A stretch of DNA of 64,000 nucleotides from Azolla caroliniana (taxonomy: Eukaryota > Plantae > Polypodiophyta), in the NCBI GenBank assembly GCA_043228905.1, contig JBHGNT010000001.1:9858001-9922000 (forward strand), in the 5' to 3' direction. Both the position numbers and the translations under genes were made by a program. This document shows positions 1-13,095 of the stretch, piece after piece (the first letter of the stretch is position 1; every line of letters starts with the position of its first letter). The notes beneath the pieces are model-generated. The model had not been told where the DNA came from and did no database searches. It saw only the letters and a program-made list of their open reading frames with translations.

Positions 1-543
1 AATACATGCTTCATAACATGACCTGAAAGCTTCAATTGATTTTCTACTCCCCATCTTTTAAATCATTTCATAATGTCAAGCACCCAGCCAGAATCATGTC
101 ACACACATAACCATAAGAATGATTGACAAAACTTTTTACTTTTAATTTACAGAATCATGTCCTATCTAATGCCATCAGTAGCATGGCAATGACATTGTAT
201 ATGGTATTGGAATAAACAGTTATTTCATTTCAGATCATTCTACCAATTTAATCACGTCTTCCATAAATAATGGTCCTATTCTCTTGCATCCTTTAACTTA
301 TCATTCATTGGGTTATTATGGCTTGATCAGCACACAATTGTTTTTATATGTCGTACTTCTCATCATCTCATAGAGAGAGGTGTTATGAGAATATTGGGTT
401 CTTTCACCTTGTGAAGATACATAATATAAAATTGTTTCAACTCTCATGTTCTCTAGCTCTAAAACCTGAGACTTATGAAGATACATTGTATGTCAATATG
501 GTTCTAAGCTGTTCTGAATGTGGATTGTGTGCAGCACCCACAG

Positions 544-3500
544 GTTCCAGCTTATTCAGAAGTTTTGGGGAAATCACATGTGTACGTATCTGAAAAGACA
601 AGTCAAGCACCTGAGAATACGATTGCTACACTGATCGAGTGGAAGTATGGAGGATCAAATGTTTGTGTCGAAGGATCTTGGGATGATTGGAGTTCAAGGT
701 ACATTACATAATGAGTTTTGCTTTAGAAAACTTGTTTGCAGCTCTACTTATGGGATCTCTTGATCTATGCATCAGAATTCCATTACAAAAGTCAGGAAAG
801 GTCTTCACAATTGTCAAGATTCTCGTTGAAGGAGTGTACCATTATAGATTTGTGGTTGATGGAGAATTGAGACATGCACCAGAGTTGCCATATATATTTG
901 ACAATAAAGGAAAAGCCATGAATGTCCTTGACATACAGGTAATTTCGTAATAATTTAAGTAAGAGATAAATAGGAATTCCAAGTAACGTTTGTCTTTCTT
1001 GATCCATAATAAGATGATATGGTTTGATCAATTTGCAACTTGAAGGTTTTTGATGGTACCATGATTTACTACAATTTAAAAAATGGTGTATTTCTTGTTT
1101 TTTCATTGTCAGTACCCTATCATGCACGTTTGCTCATTTTCATTGTCATCTCTACCTTGCAGCTTTAGGGGTTTGAACCTTAATAAATCACAGGACCAAG
1201 GTTTGAAAAATTACGCCATGGGCTCCATTAGTGCATTCTGTTGACCAAGGTTTCAAAATTTACGCCATGCACTCTATTAGTGCATTCTGTTAAAACTCTG
1301 GTTCCTTGAAACATGCACTAACGTTGTATGGTTTTGAAAGTACCAGGGAATCCCATGAAAAAAGGAAAGTTGCCAACTTTAATTTCTTGAGATTTCTGCT
1401 AAAGCCCGTTACAACCACTTGGGGAGTCTACATCTTTGTCTACTCAGTATCAGGTCTTCTAATTGTAGGTGCAGTTGGTAATGTTAATGTGTGCAACATT
1501 CAGCACTGTCCTATCTATTTGTTATTTCTAGGACAGACATTTTTTATATGCATGAAGCCCATCATGGATTTCTGCTAAAGCCCGTTACAACCACTTGGGG
1601 AGTCTACATCTTTGTCTACTCAGTATCAGGTCTTCTAATTGTAGGTGCAGTTGGTAATGTTAATGTGTGCAACATTCAGCACTGTCCTATCTATTTGTTA
1701 TTTCTAGGACAGACATTTTTTATATGCATGAAGCCCGACATCTAAGTGTAGGCTACAGTTGGTTTCTTAATAAGAGTCTTTCTCCCCCTTAGTGCTCCAG
1801 GAGCCTTTCACCATGGCAGGATCTTTGTTATTCTTGTTACTCATCGCATGATCAATACCCCACATCTTCAGTTATTGATAAAAAGTCTCACCATCATGGA
1901 GTGGAGTAGGTAATCCTGAAGCCCTATATCTTTGTCTACTTGGTTTGTTGCACTGTATTGGGGGCGTGTTCAGCAATCTTAGATGATGTAACATCATCAA
2001 TATATCCTTTCTGCTTCATCCTTTGTTTGGGCAACCAAGTACTATGTATTATGCATCTCTGACATTTAAGTGTAGGCCGTAGATATCATGTACACCATGC
2101 TGTTTTTGCACTATCAAGATCAATTCTTTCACATCTTCAGTTCGTTATAAAAATTCTATTTCTCCTTCTTAGTGTTCAGGTGCTCCTTGGAGCTCTGCAC
2201 TATTGTGGGATCTTTGCTCTTTTCATTATTCATCTCATATTCAGTTCTCCTGTATCTTCAGTTCCCCTGTATCTTTAGTTCCTCATATGTGGTCTATTCC
2301 TCCTCGTTAGTGCTCCAGGAGCCTTCCACCAGGACAGGATGGGCCTTCATAATCTTAATTGGTGTGGCATTGATCATTATGTTCACTCTCTTCATATGCT
2401 ACTACATTAAATGTGTCGATACTTAAGGATGGGCTAGTCATTGGGTTCAAATTATGGAACATTATGGTTTCTTGCTGTCCCGAATTATGATCTTCTAAAG
2501 TGTATATTCTTGAATACACTGACAAGTCATGTGAGATTGTCTTTTGATGTCTGTCTACCCTGTAGCTTTTGTGTTCTGCCTACCTAACGACTTTTGGTGT
2601 TTTTGCTGACTCAATGTTGCTCCTATAAATAGGCCCGCCTTTCCTTCAATCATCTACTCTTTTAGTTCATTCAGCAAGGGTGGTTGGTAAGCCCTAGTAG
2701 ATTAGGATAACCAAATAGTCTATAGATAGTAAGTTTGGCGTTATGTTTTCAAATAGTCTTGAGCAAGATGATACTCATCAGTATTGGGGATCAAGAGGCC
2801 AACATATCACTGAAGTTGTACATTCAGCAGGAAGAGAAGCAAGAAAACTAAGAGGGGAATATGTCATCAGTACCTTGAAACAAGGGATGATTCTTTGCCC
2901 AGTTATGCGCTTTGTCATAATGTAGGATATTACAGCTATGTTAGATAGAAGCAAAGGTCGAATTTCCTGATAGATGATGAGGTGAAAGGCAGGTTTGTGT
3001 CAAGGAAGATCCCAAGTACCTAGGAGATCCTCAGTCTCTAGAATGTTTTTGTTAAAAATGTCCTCAGAAACTGAGATCAAGGTGCCAGGTAGGTTTCATC
3101 CAAGAACTTACAGAAAAAACTGTTTGGTGAGCCATTCTAATCGAACAATATGAAATATTTAGATTGAAGATAGTTGCAATGTGGCAGAGATGTTCGTCTA
3201 AATATTCCCTTTAGCATCTCTCATACTGCCAATGTTTTTAAGGTGTTTATGATAGTCTGGATTCTGTGATTAACAGCGATATTCATTTCTCAAGAGTGGA
3301 CATGTCAAAATAGTGCAGCATAGCATTTTATGAGCATGGCTGATGTTCTGATTTGGATAGCCTCAATATTATTTCTCAAAGAATGTATAGTAATGGGCAC
3401 CGCCAATATCCAATCTGGATAGACCCAATATTATTTGTCAATGAAAGTATAGTGGATGCCATCTGTATCATATATGGTGCTGTCTTGACGTATCTAAAAG

Positions 3501-4219
3501 ACAAAAGATGGCATATCCAGCTTTACAAGATATTGTCTCTCCTATCAAACCACAGAAAATGAACTATAAGTATCCATACAGTGTCTTTATATGAAATTTT
3601 GCTGAAACGGTATTCCAGTTATTTTACTTCAAGAAAGGTATAAATAATGTATGCCAGCACTAATGTCAAAGGTCTTAGACTCCTACTATACCCATGATTG
3701 TCGGAATCCAATGACTATCTGCACTTTATATGGGAGGATTTTGGCTGCTGAACTATTTCCAAAGCAAAAAACAATGCCATATTTTAGTTTGTTCCTCTTA
3801 GTCCCAGGGGTGATATTATTCCCTACTTATTGAGAAAAATGTAGCTTACCCAAGAACTTTTTGTATCGCAGGATTATGTTCCAGAAAGCTTGGATGGACT
3901 GGCCGAGTTTGAAGCGCCACCGTCACCTGACTCCAGCTATGATAACTATTTGCCTGGTGCAGAAGACTATAGTAAGGATCCACCGTTGCTCCCTTCTCAG
4001 TTGCATTTGAACACTGAACTTGAATCTTTACACCAATTCCCAAATTCATCACTCAATGCAAGTACTGCGGCTTCACCCAGGCCAGATCACGTGATTCTGA
4101 ATCATTTGTTTCTTGAGACTAGAAAACAAGCACATAGCCCAGTTCTGACGCTTGGGTTCACTCACCGTTTTCGCAGCAAATATATTACTGTTATTCTTCA
4201 CAAGCCTCTACGAAGATGA
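544..4219 (+). CDS. SnRK1/AMPK beta regulatory subunit (KINbeta-like), 3' exons; N-terminus probably upstream of the window
   Basis: Exons 544-698, 776-938 and 3872-4219 join in frame at GT-AG junctions. They encode a carbohydrate-binding module (WKYGGSNVCVEGSWDDW...GVYHYRFVVDG) and an ASC domain (PPSPDSSY...DPPLLPSQL...HVILNHLF...THRFRSKYITVILHKP). Confidence 0.9.
1391..1736. repeat. Perfect-looking tandem duplication, 170 bp x2 (period 176), in a SnRK1beta intron
   Basis: 1391-1560 matches 1567-1736 (GATTTCTGCTAAAGCCCG...CATGAAGCCC), separated by ATCATG. Confidence 0.9.
2740..3230 (+). mobile_element. Possible highly degenerate Ty1/copia RNase H relic in an intron
   Basis: Scattered peptides YWGSRGQH, FIQEL and IEDSCNVAEMFV loosely echo copia SWxSKRQ, HFIRE and NxADxFTK; many stops. 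Confidence 0.25.
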
Positions 4220-5329
4220 GGTTTTGGCCACCATAAGAGGCCATGCTTACCACAAAGACCATGTAAAATACACGTGGTGATTACTGCAACAAAAAAGCCT
4301 TCGATTTCAGGGGCTGAATTCTGTTTCAAACCTTCTGGTTGAAAATAACCTGTGAGTTGTATAATATGATAATCACAATTAATTGTACCTTGGATTATGC
4401 TTTAAATTAGTTGTGCTAGGTTTCTGTTAGAAAGCTTTTTTTTGAAAAGTTATATGCTCCAATAGGAGGGTTCCAAGTTCTTGGACAGTGTTGCATTGCA
4501 TGATAATTGGAGGGGGAGAGTGTTGCATTGTCCGCATACCTTGGAAATTGAGATGCATTTTGAGCGTGAAGCATTTCTCATCCCGATCTCACAACATCAG
4601 CATTCTTTGCATCCATTCCACCCTCAGTGGCTAGGTTTTGGATATGGGCTCTTCAGAGGGTAGTGACAATCTGTCTCTTAGGGGAAGGCAGGGAAATGAT
4701 GTGGGATTGGGAGTGTCATTCAGATATTTGCTCGAGAAGTATCCCAATGAATGGGGTTCATGATGGGTTTGAGAGACTTGGAAAGAGCATTTTTCCTCTC
4801 AATGCAAATATTTATATAAACAGATATCCTACAAAAGAGTAGTGCATAGATGGGTTATAAAATGTCTTTTACATTTGAGGAGCGTGAAAATAATGTAAAA
4901 AAAACTAAGTATAAAGTAAGTTCAAATCTTTTGGTTCTTCTACATAAGATGAATGCGAATATTATGGCATTTTCATGTCTCCTTTATGCAAAGTATTGGT
5001 ATTTGACTTCTGCTTGTCATGATTTAACAATAAAGAGAAAACAAAGCTACTACATTGATCCCTTTCCACTAAATTGTCTTCAAACACTTTGTTGACATTA
5101 TGTCAATGGTTGAGGGTTACAACTTACAATATTCCCTTCTTTTGGGTTCACAATGATTTTCCATGCATCATTAAACAAAATGGAATAATATCTTTACTAC
5201 CATTACAAAAGAATGCACATATTTGTCATTGAGGAGATTCATATTTATTACACCATCTAGTAGCACATTGTCCTTTCGGTGAACCCAAAATCAGGTGATG
5301 GCACTAGTAGTTCTAACAGTAGGAGAACA

Positions 5330-5700
5330 AGTGCAAGCTTTGTACAAAATTGATTTAAATGCGAACACAAGGGGGAGATGTTTGTTAGTTTGGATATGCT
5401 CAAAGTTTCGAATCCTTTCGAGCATAGTATGAATCATACACACCATTTGTTCATTCGCATTTGCGAACATTCTTATCATTTGCGTAAGAAAAACACCCTT
5501 CAAGTATGTTTTAGGGTAAGTTTTGATTTTTAGGGTAAGAAAGTTTTGATTTTTAGGGTAAGTTTTGATTTTTAGGGTAAGAAAGTTAAGGTAAAAAGTG
5601 TAAAAAAACACAAGAATGTTTTAATAACATACGCATTCGCTTGGTCTAACGAACACGAATATTACGTACTAAAGTTGCGAGCATGTTCCCACAAATCCCT
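5330..5700. mobile_element. Possible non-autonomous hAT-like/MITE relic
   Basis: Clustered CGAACA/ATTCGC motifs, an AGGGATTTG-type end on the minus strand at ~5700, and an internal ~36 bp tandem duplication at 5510-5590. Confidence 0.3.
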
Positions 5701-6654
5701 CAAGACAAGAAGAAAGACCAAAGATTCGTTATAAAGTCAATCAAAAGGTTGAATGAATTTGCAAAATAAAGTATAGTTTGGATTCCAACAGCCATGATTT
5801 CACCTATCAGCATGTGCAATATATGAATATCCCGTGATGAAGGATGGGCCAGACTCTTCATGTTTTACAGGCTTCAACCTTCCATATTCATACATCCAAG
5901 GTTCTAAATAAATCTCCATAGTCAGGGACTCTTCCTTTCTCCCTCTCTAGTAGCTTTGTTGTACAAATCCATAATAAACGTTTGAATATTCACACGTAGG
6001 ACAATGAAGACACCCAAAATGAGCACTTCATGATGAAGTGCTAATTATTATGGGGCCTACCATGCCATGAAGAAAGAGAGTCTATGAAAGGTCAGGATTA
6101 GTTAGCAGTTAGGTCAAAATCAGTCATCGTCTACTTTTTTAGAGAAACAAAAGAGACAAGATTCATACTCATCCTCTACTTACACATCTCAGTTGTGTTC
6201 ATATATATCATCACTGACGTATTGGGAGATGTGTCATATACATCTTTATTACCAAGCGCAATAAACTCGACTAATAACTTGGTTGGACAAATATAGAATT
6301 CAAAGACTTTAGGGGACTTCTCTTCAAAGCATGAACAAAGACTTAGATATCTCAGAAAACAAATAATACATAGTGTTAAGTACCAAGAATGGCGAAGCTC
6401 CACGCCTACAATCCTTTTTAACCCTGGAAATCTAATGCCTTGCTTTTTAAACCACAGTGTTGGGTGTGGATCAGAACCACAACCAATGACTTGTTTCGAA
6501 ACTTAGCAAGCTAGGTTTGGTCTACAACTGGTGCTTCCTATATGATATACTATACATCTATCTGTAATGCTAGGTAAACCATGGATTGTCTGCCTTTTCT
6601 TGATCAGGATCTCTTCATCTTCTTGTTTTTCACTAGTAGACAGGAAGCTCACAT

Positions 6655-8609
6655 TCATTGCAACTGAAGATCAAAATGGTACACTCCTGCAGAAATAAAA
6701 CCAAGAACCATAATATGAGTATACATCACTCATCTCCGGTAGACATAAATTAGCAAAACAGGCTGTGGAACTTACCATGTCCTTTGCCCACTCTTCTGAG
6801 CTGAGAAACATATCCTGCGATCTTCTTTATATCCTCCACCTGGGACACCACATTTTTTGTTACTTAGATAGATTTTGACTGGTAAAATCACATCTTAATA
6901 CATTCCATAGTTTGCAACCTAGCCAAACGCTATTAGTTCCATACATACCTGGGGCTTCAGAAACTCTCCTTCCACAAAATCACTCAATTGCGCATCACCA
7001 GCCTCTTCGGCAACCTTCAATAAAGTAACACACATATTATGTGAGTTTTCTAAACAACTTCATCTAACCGCAACAGTTGGCACGTCCAAGATATATGGAG
7101 TTGAGAATACACTTACCTTATGAAGGTGAAGCAATTTCTCGTTCACAAGCTTCTCCATTGCTAAGGTAAGCTCCATGGCTAGAAAAACATTGTAAAGGGT
7201 AAAGAAAGTAGGCATTAATAGATCAAAAGGAACCACAAAGAGAGATATTTGTAAGAGATACAAGATATATACGATGAGAAAGTCAAAACAAAAACATTCT
7301 AAGAGACACATTGAATATGGATCCTTATATACAGTTAGAAGAGACAAAGAAAGATCATTGTAGAGGAGACGAGAAACATGGATCTTTACACAATTAGATG
7401 CGAGAAACAACAATCTTGTAAAGGACACAAGAAATATGGATCTTTACACAATTAGATGCGAGAAAGAAAGATCTTTGTAAAGAAGACAAGTATGGATCCT
7501 TATACAATGATACATACCATAGAGGGCATCTCCCTTCTCTTCGTCATCAAACTCGGTCTGCGATGGACTGCATATAGACTGGAGTTTCACCTTGCCTCCC
7601 CTCATGTTCTGGGAAACAAAATCAGAAATACACTCTCATAAGCCTTATTTATTGTTATTATCCTATGACTGCACATATAATTTAGGGAGCTTTTTGTAAC
7701 CCGGTGGTAGAAATGAAGTAAAGTAGAGGGAATTGATTTCAGCAACTCACTTGATACTTCATGAGCTTCTCAGCATGCTCCCTTTCTTCATCACTGGATT
7801 CCTTGAAGAACCTGCAAAAGAAGATTCTCAGTCCCTCGAAATTAAATTAAACACATACGATTTGAGGCATGTTTAACATTAATGCTAGAGAATTGACAAG
7901 GATATGAAGCGCCTGATTACTTGGCAAATCCCGGCAGGCCCACATTATCTCGGTCAAAATAGGCGAACAAAGTATGGTAGAAGTAGGACGCACTGTACTC
8001 AATACTGCAAAGCACATCAACGACATCCAAAATGTTAAAAATACTGCAAACCATATCAGCATTATTAAACACATACAAACAAAACGCAGATCCACTCCAT
8101 CACATTCATAATCTAGCTCGCATAAATTTTTATGTTAAAATAGTTCAGTGCGGATGTACATAAATCGTGTAAAAATGAGGTGAAACCTCAAGGGGATTGG
8201 CTTTGGAAAACAACCACAAACAAGAAAACCAGTAAAAGATGAGGCATGCTTACTTGATCTGCTCATTGACAGCGGCCTCACTGGCCTCCGCATAGGCATG
8301 TCGAGCCAAAGACACGGAGCTGGAGGGGGAGACCTTAACAAGCTGCTCCTGGACCTCGAGGAAGGGCTCGAAGAGGACGCCAGTGAGGGTGGCATCGGGC
8401 AAGTCAGCAGAAGCGGCGATGCGCAGGGAGGAGGAAGACGAAGGGGGGGTCAGGCGAAGAAGCGGAAGCGAAAACGAGGAGGAGGAGGAGGAGGAGGAGG
8501 AGGAGGAGTGGAGGCGTGCAGCAGAAGCAGCAGCGCCTCGAAGGAGGGGCGGGTGAGAGCAAAAGCTGTGCTGAGCCATGGAGGAGGAGGAGGCCTTCGC
8601 AAGAAGCAT
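6655..8609 (-). CDS. FER: Plastid ferritin, 8 exons
   Basis: Exons 8609-8254, 8004-7921, 7811-7751, 7608-7518, 7178-7117, 7014-6949, 6839-6776 and 6686-6655. Ser-rich transit peptide, extension peptide ([12 protein letters not shown]), [57 protein letters not shown]. Seven-intron layout typical of plant ferritins. Confidence 0.97.
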
Positions 8610-8618
8610 ACTGGATGG

Positions 8619-8648
8619 TTAGGGTTAGGGTTAGGGTTAGGGTTAGGG
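8619..8648 (+). repeat. (TTAGGG)5 telomere-like array in the predicted ferritin 5' UTR
   Basis: Five perfect TTAGGG units, starting 10 nt upstream of the ferritin ATG (8607-8609) and downstream of the TATA box. Confidence 0.9.
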
Positions 8649-8740
8649 TTAGAGGAGGAGGAGGAAAGGGGGATTAGGGTTTGCAAGAGATGGAGAAGGA
8701 AAGCAGAAGGGAGGTGAGGATTAGGGTTAGGCACGCGCCT

Positions 8741-8858
8741 CTTTTTATAGGAGCCACGCGCCCCTCGCCTCCAGCCTGGCAAATTGGGTGGGCGCCCAGC
8801 GGAGTGGCCAGTGTGAAAGCGAACAGTGGGCCTGACACGTCACCAGAAGATAGGGTTT
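8741..8858 (-). promoter_or_regulatory. Ferritin core promoter: TATA box, CE3-like element, ABRE, site II and telo-box motifs
   Basis: On the minus strand: CTATAAAAAG (8741-8750), CGCGTGGC (8753-8760), ACGTGTC (8834-8840), AAACCCTA (8851-8858). On the plus strand: TGGGCC at ~8827. Confidence 0.55.
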
Positions 8859-11433
8859 GGGAGCGTGTGTGGTGTGTGCGCGCCTCCGGAAAGAGAAAGC
8901 GCTTTTTCTTTCTTTCTTGCCGCTCCCCCCCCCCCCCCCCCCTTCCTCCCTTCCTTCCTTCCTCCTCCTCCACTAAAAAATATCTCCTCTTCTCAACGCA
9001 TCCACACACTTATTGCTTCTTCGTCCGGATTACCCACCCATCCTGCATTCACACTTGTGGCCTTCAGAAAATCGTCGCTCCCGGGTTTTAGAATTTCTCT
9101 AGATAAAGACATGGGCCCATATTAGATGATGGACATCGTGTTGATCTCTATAGCGATTACCCTCTGTACAGCGTAGGAAATAAGGGCTTCATAGGAGAAG
9201 AAAAAAACTTAACGCACGTAATAATATATAACATTCCAAAAAACAACTCTTTTGTCGGTCAGAGTTTGTTCGTGTTTCCATCAAAGACCTGTTGTTATCC
9301 TTCATGTGTGAGTCCACTAATACATTTTACCGCACCAGTCCATCCATCATTGTAAAGATATTTACCAACTCTCGTACGTACGCACACATGTAAAAGTTGT
9401 GTACATTTATTTAAACAACTATGAGAATCCCAAAAACCATGTTGCCCCTACTACAATAGTGCGCATTGGTATGGCAAAGTGAACCCTTTTTTAATGTCAT
9501 AAAATTAGATTATATGTAAACATTCAACACCACCATCAAACATTCTTGACATTCGTAATATATGTTACATATTCATCACCTACCAAGGTCTATGTTCAAT
9601 CAACAACTTATCAGTGATGTCATTGGTGTGCACAATTATCTTTTTTTTGCTATCAAATAAGTTAATAACCAATCTCTCTACCTTCAACTACCACTAAATC
9701 TAGGATAGGTGCTAGAAGAATGTACAAAATTGATCATGATTCCCTAATTTGATCATGACCAAGAGGTATATGAAAACTAATTCTTGTAGTTCCGAATGCT
9801 AGAATCCACTCGTGTGGCACTACAATAAAAAATTCCAGAACATTATGTTAGCATGTATATGACCGAGCACTAACAATATAGTACCCCATCCAAAGTTATC
9901 AAAAAGGGTGGATGAATTATATGTTGTTAAATTACCATGGAATCAAAGGCCATGCTTTGTTCTTGAAGAAGGCCAATTGATCAATCACTGCCTTATGGAC
10001 GCCCACCGTGAGTTAGTAGACATGACTAGTGCAAACTATGTAACGATCTTAGGATGCAACCCTCAAAGCGAGATAGGAGATGAGCAACGGGGTGTGAACA
10101 AAACAACAAAGCAAGAGGAATGTAAGACAAAGCTATGATTCAACTTCAAGATTGATGTTGATTTTGTTGAGATCAACTAGGATGAAGCCCCTTCTTTCCT
10201 CACCGTGCAAATCAAACTGCTAAACTAGAGTATGAGGTTGAACTTATGTTAACACTCCAATATTTTAGTGGTGGCCAAAATTGGCAACCTACCCAAAATT
10301 TTGTCAATACTATGGCTCTTAGAACAAACTTTAATCTTTGATAATCCTTATAAACTAGGTTTTAATTCAAGCATTGTAGCTTGGAACTAGTTGTTGAAAA
10401 AGGGGAATATGATGGTGGAGCATAAATGTCATACATCATCACTTGGGGGGTCTTGAATCCTAACTTCCTCATCATAAATCATTGCAACATTTTATACGTA
10501 GCATTGTAACAATTCAAATGACAATATATTGTAGTTTTGTACAACAAATAGTTATTGTCGTATTTCATGTGATAGTCAAGTGGTGAACATGCTTGCCATT
10601 GGTCAAGTGGTGAATGTGCTAGGTGGCAAGCATCTACATAGCTAGAAATATCATGTTTAGGGAAATTCCAATGCTGACAACATATTCAAATTTAACACAA
10701 CTCTTTGGCTATCACATTGGAAATTGTCATTGTACTATTATTCTTCGTATACATATATCAACAAAGAGTCCTTCCTTTTCTTAATTAACATTGTTTTTGG
10801 ATGTGGGGTGGGTTTATAGGTGTTGCAAATATTAAAAGAATTTGTTTACACTTTTTTTTTCGTAAGCTCATGCACGTTATTGCTTTGATCTTGAAAACTA
10901 GCTTCATGACATTGACATTTACCATTACGATAAGACCAACATGGCACAAGTCAAATTATGAAATTACCACCATGCATCCTTCCTTAGACTAGCACTTGTT
11001 TAGAAATGCCAAATTGAGACACAAACCATACAAGTTCACAATTATGGCCATATAATTCCATAATTCGAAACAGGTCCACAACAATAGGTATTGAATCCAT
11101 CGTTGAAAGTATTTGCAAGTTCGTACCAAGACGAAATCATGGCATTACCAAATGAGTTTGGTTCTCAATTAGTAAATTCCTCACATGCTCCCTTCTTCAC
11201 ACGAGAGTGGTGATAGGAAGTATTGTTTTTTTTCCGAATATGTCCTTGAAAGTCTTATCAATCTATCTAATTCAGCACTTCGCTTGTGCATTGGATGGAC
11301 ACCGGGACAATTTGGCGTCAGCATAACTCATTGTGTGTCCAGATCATCTAAGCAATCAACTAATTCTAGGCCTACTAGTACTAACTTGGTTTATTGGGAA
11401 TGTACACATACATACATACATACATACATACAT

Positions 11434-11547
11434 CGTGGTGTCTAACTACTACCAAATATTAAAGAGGCCAAGTGAGGGAATCGCGGAGAGGGACGGTGCA
11501 GGTCGCACCGCTGATGGCGCGTTCGATCTCCACCGTCCAAGATGGAT
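11434..11547 (+). repeat. Left TIR of the MULE
   Basis: Reverse complement of 17230-17345 apart from a few mismatches; the outer 8 bp are imperfect. Confidence 0.93.
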
Positions 11548-11579
11548 GTGGAATAGGCGCGAAAAAGCGCGCCACGTAA

Positions 11580-11905
11580 AAAGGGAGCCCGGCTCATACA
11601 AAATGGAGCCCGACTCATTAAAGAAGGGCTCCACTTTGTGAAAGGGAGCCCTTCTCATTCATGTTCAGGGAAGTATAAAAACCCATTCAGGCAAAATGGA
11701 GCCCGACTCATTAAAGAAGGGCTCCACTTTGTGAAAGGGAGCCCTTCTCATTCATGTTCAGGGAAGTATAAAAACCCATTCAGGCAAAATGGAGCCCGAC
11801 TCATTAAAGAAGGGCTCCCTTGGAGCCCGACTCATTAAAGAATGGCTCCATTTTGTCAAAAGGGAGCCCTTCTCATTCATGTTCAAGGAAGTATAAAAAC
11901 CCATT
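11580..11905 (+). repeat. Left subterminal repeats (GGAGCCCGACTC motif; 93 bp tandem unit)
   Basis: Motif at ~11583, 11605, 11698, 11791 and 11822. The 93 bp duplication is visible as the repeated 31-aa block in ORF 11638. Confidence 0.85.
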
Positions 11906-12121
11906 TTTTGTCATTTTTTGTCATTCGTGGGTTTGAGGGTTTAGGGTTTTTGAGCGAGGCGCACCACCTGTCTGCGATCACTCGTTGCAAACATCTCCGG
12001 TGAGGCACTGCGAGCACCTGCAGTCCAGAGGTAGGCATCATATTCCTTCTATTAGGTTTTGGTTTTTATTAGGTATCATATTCTTTCTATTAGGTTTAGG
12101 GTTGCTTCTAATAGGTACCAT

Positions 12122-12895
12122 AAATGTGTGTATGATTAAATACATGTATGTGTGTATGATTCAATACATTTCTGTGTGTGTATGATTGAATACATTTGTG
12201 TGTGTGATGGGTTTAGGGTTACATGTATGTGTGTATTTAAGATCTTCTTTGGGCTGTGAATGTGTGTGTTTGTTGTATGATTGAATACATTTATTTGGGA
12301 ATGTGTGTGTATACATGTGTATGATTGAATACATTTCTGTGTGTGTATGATTGAATACATGTATGTGTGTATGATTGAATACATTTGTGTGTGTGATGGT
12401 TGAATACATGTATGTGTGTATGATTGAATACATTTGTGTGTGTGATGGTTGAATACATGTATGTGTGTATTTAAGATCTTCTTTGGGCTGTGAATGTGTG
12501 TGTTTGTTGTATGATTGAATACATTTATTTGGGAATGTGTGTGTATACATGTGTATGATTGAATACATTTCTGTGTGTGTATGATTGAATACATTTGTGT
12601 GTGTGATGGTTGAATACATGTATGTGTGTATTTAAGATCTTCTTTGGGCTGTGAATGTGTGTGTTTGTTGTATGATGAATACATTTATTTGGGAATGTGT
12701 GTGTATACATGTGTATGATTGAATACATGTATTTGTGTATTTTAGATCTTCCATGGGCTGCGAATGTGTGTGCATGTGTATGATTGAATACATGTTTGTG
12801 TGTATTTAAGATCTTCTATAGGCTGTGATTTAATACATGTATGTGTGCATTTAAGATCTCCCATGGGCTGTGTATGATTGAATACATGTATGATT
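12122..12895. repeat. Higher-order satellite built on TGATTGAATACAT plus TG-rich linkers, inside the MULE
   Basis: Many copies of (TG)nTATGATTGAATACAT interleaved with TTAAGATCTTCTTTGGGCTGTGAATGTGTG blocks. Confidence 0.9.
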
Positions 12896-13095
12896 TTGAT
12901 TTTGCCAACATTTGAATGTCATTTAAATGCCAACATTTGAATGCTTGAATTTGCCCATGTGATTCATGCATTATTGGGCTCTTTTTTATGCCCACATTTG
13001 AATGTCAAATCTAAAATCTTGTATACATTCTTTGCGTTTTTTCTCCCTAAATAATAGTAATGTAATGAATGCCTTTCTAAAAATGTTTTGTACAG

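Noticed and set aside
8619-8648. True telomere or chromosome-fusion scar
   Set aside because: Only 30 bp, in one orientation, inside a gene's 5' region.
8135-9125. Several overlapping Gly/Pro/Ser-rich ORFs around ferritin exon 1
   Set aside because: They are alternate or antisense frames of GC-rich SSR sequence.
9400-11000. Possible LTR fragments (polypurine tract AAAAAGGGGAATATG near 10397)
   Set aside because: Isolated motif with no supporting coding or LTR structure.
12136-12728. Minus-strand His/Thr-rich ORFs (182, 152 and 67 aa)
   Set aside because: They are translations of the TG-rich satellite.
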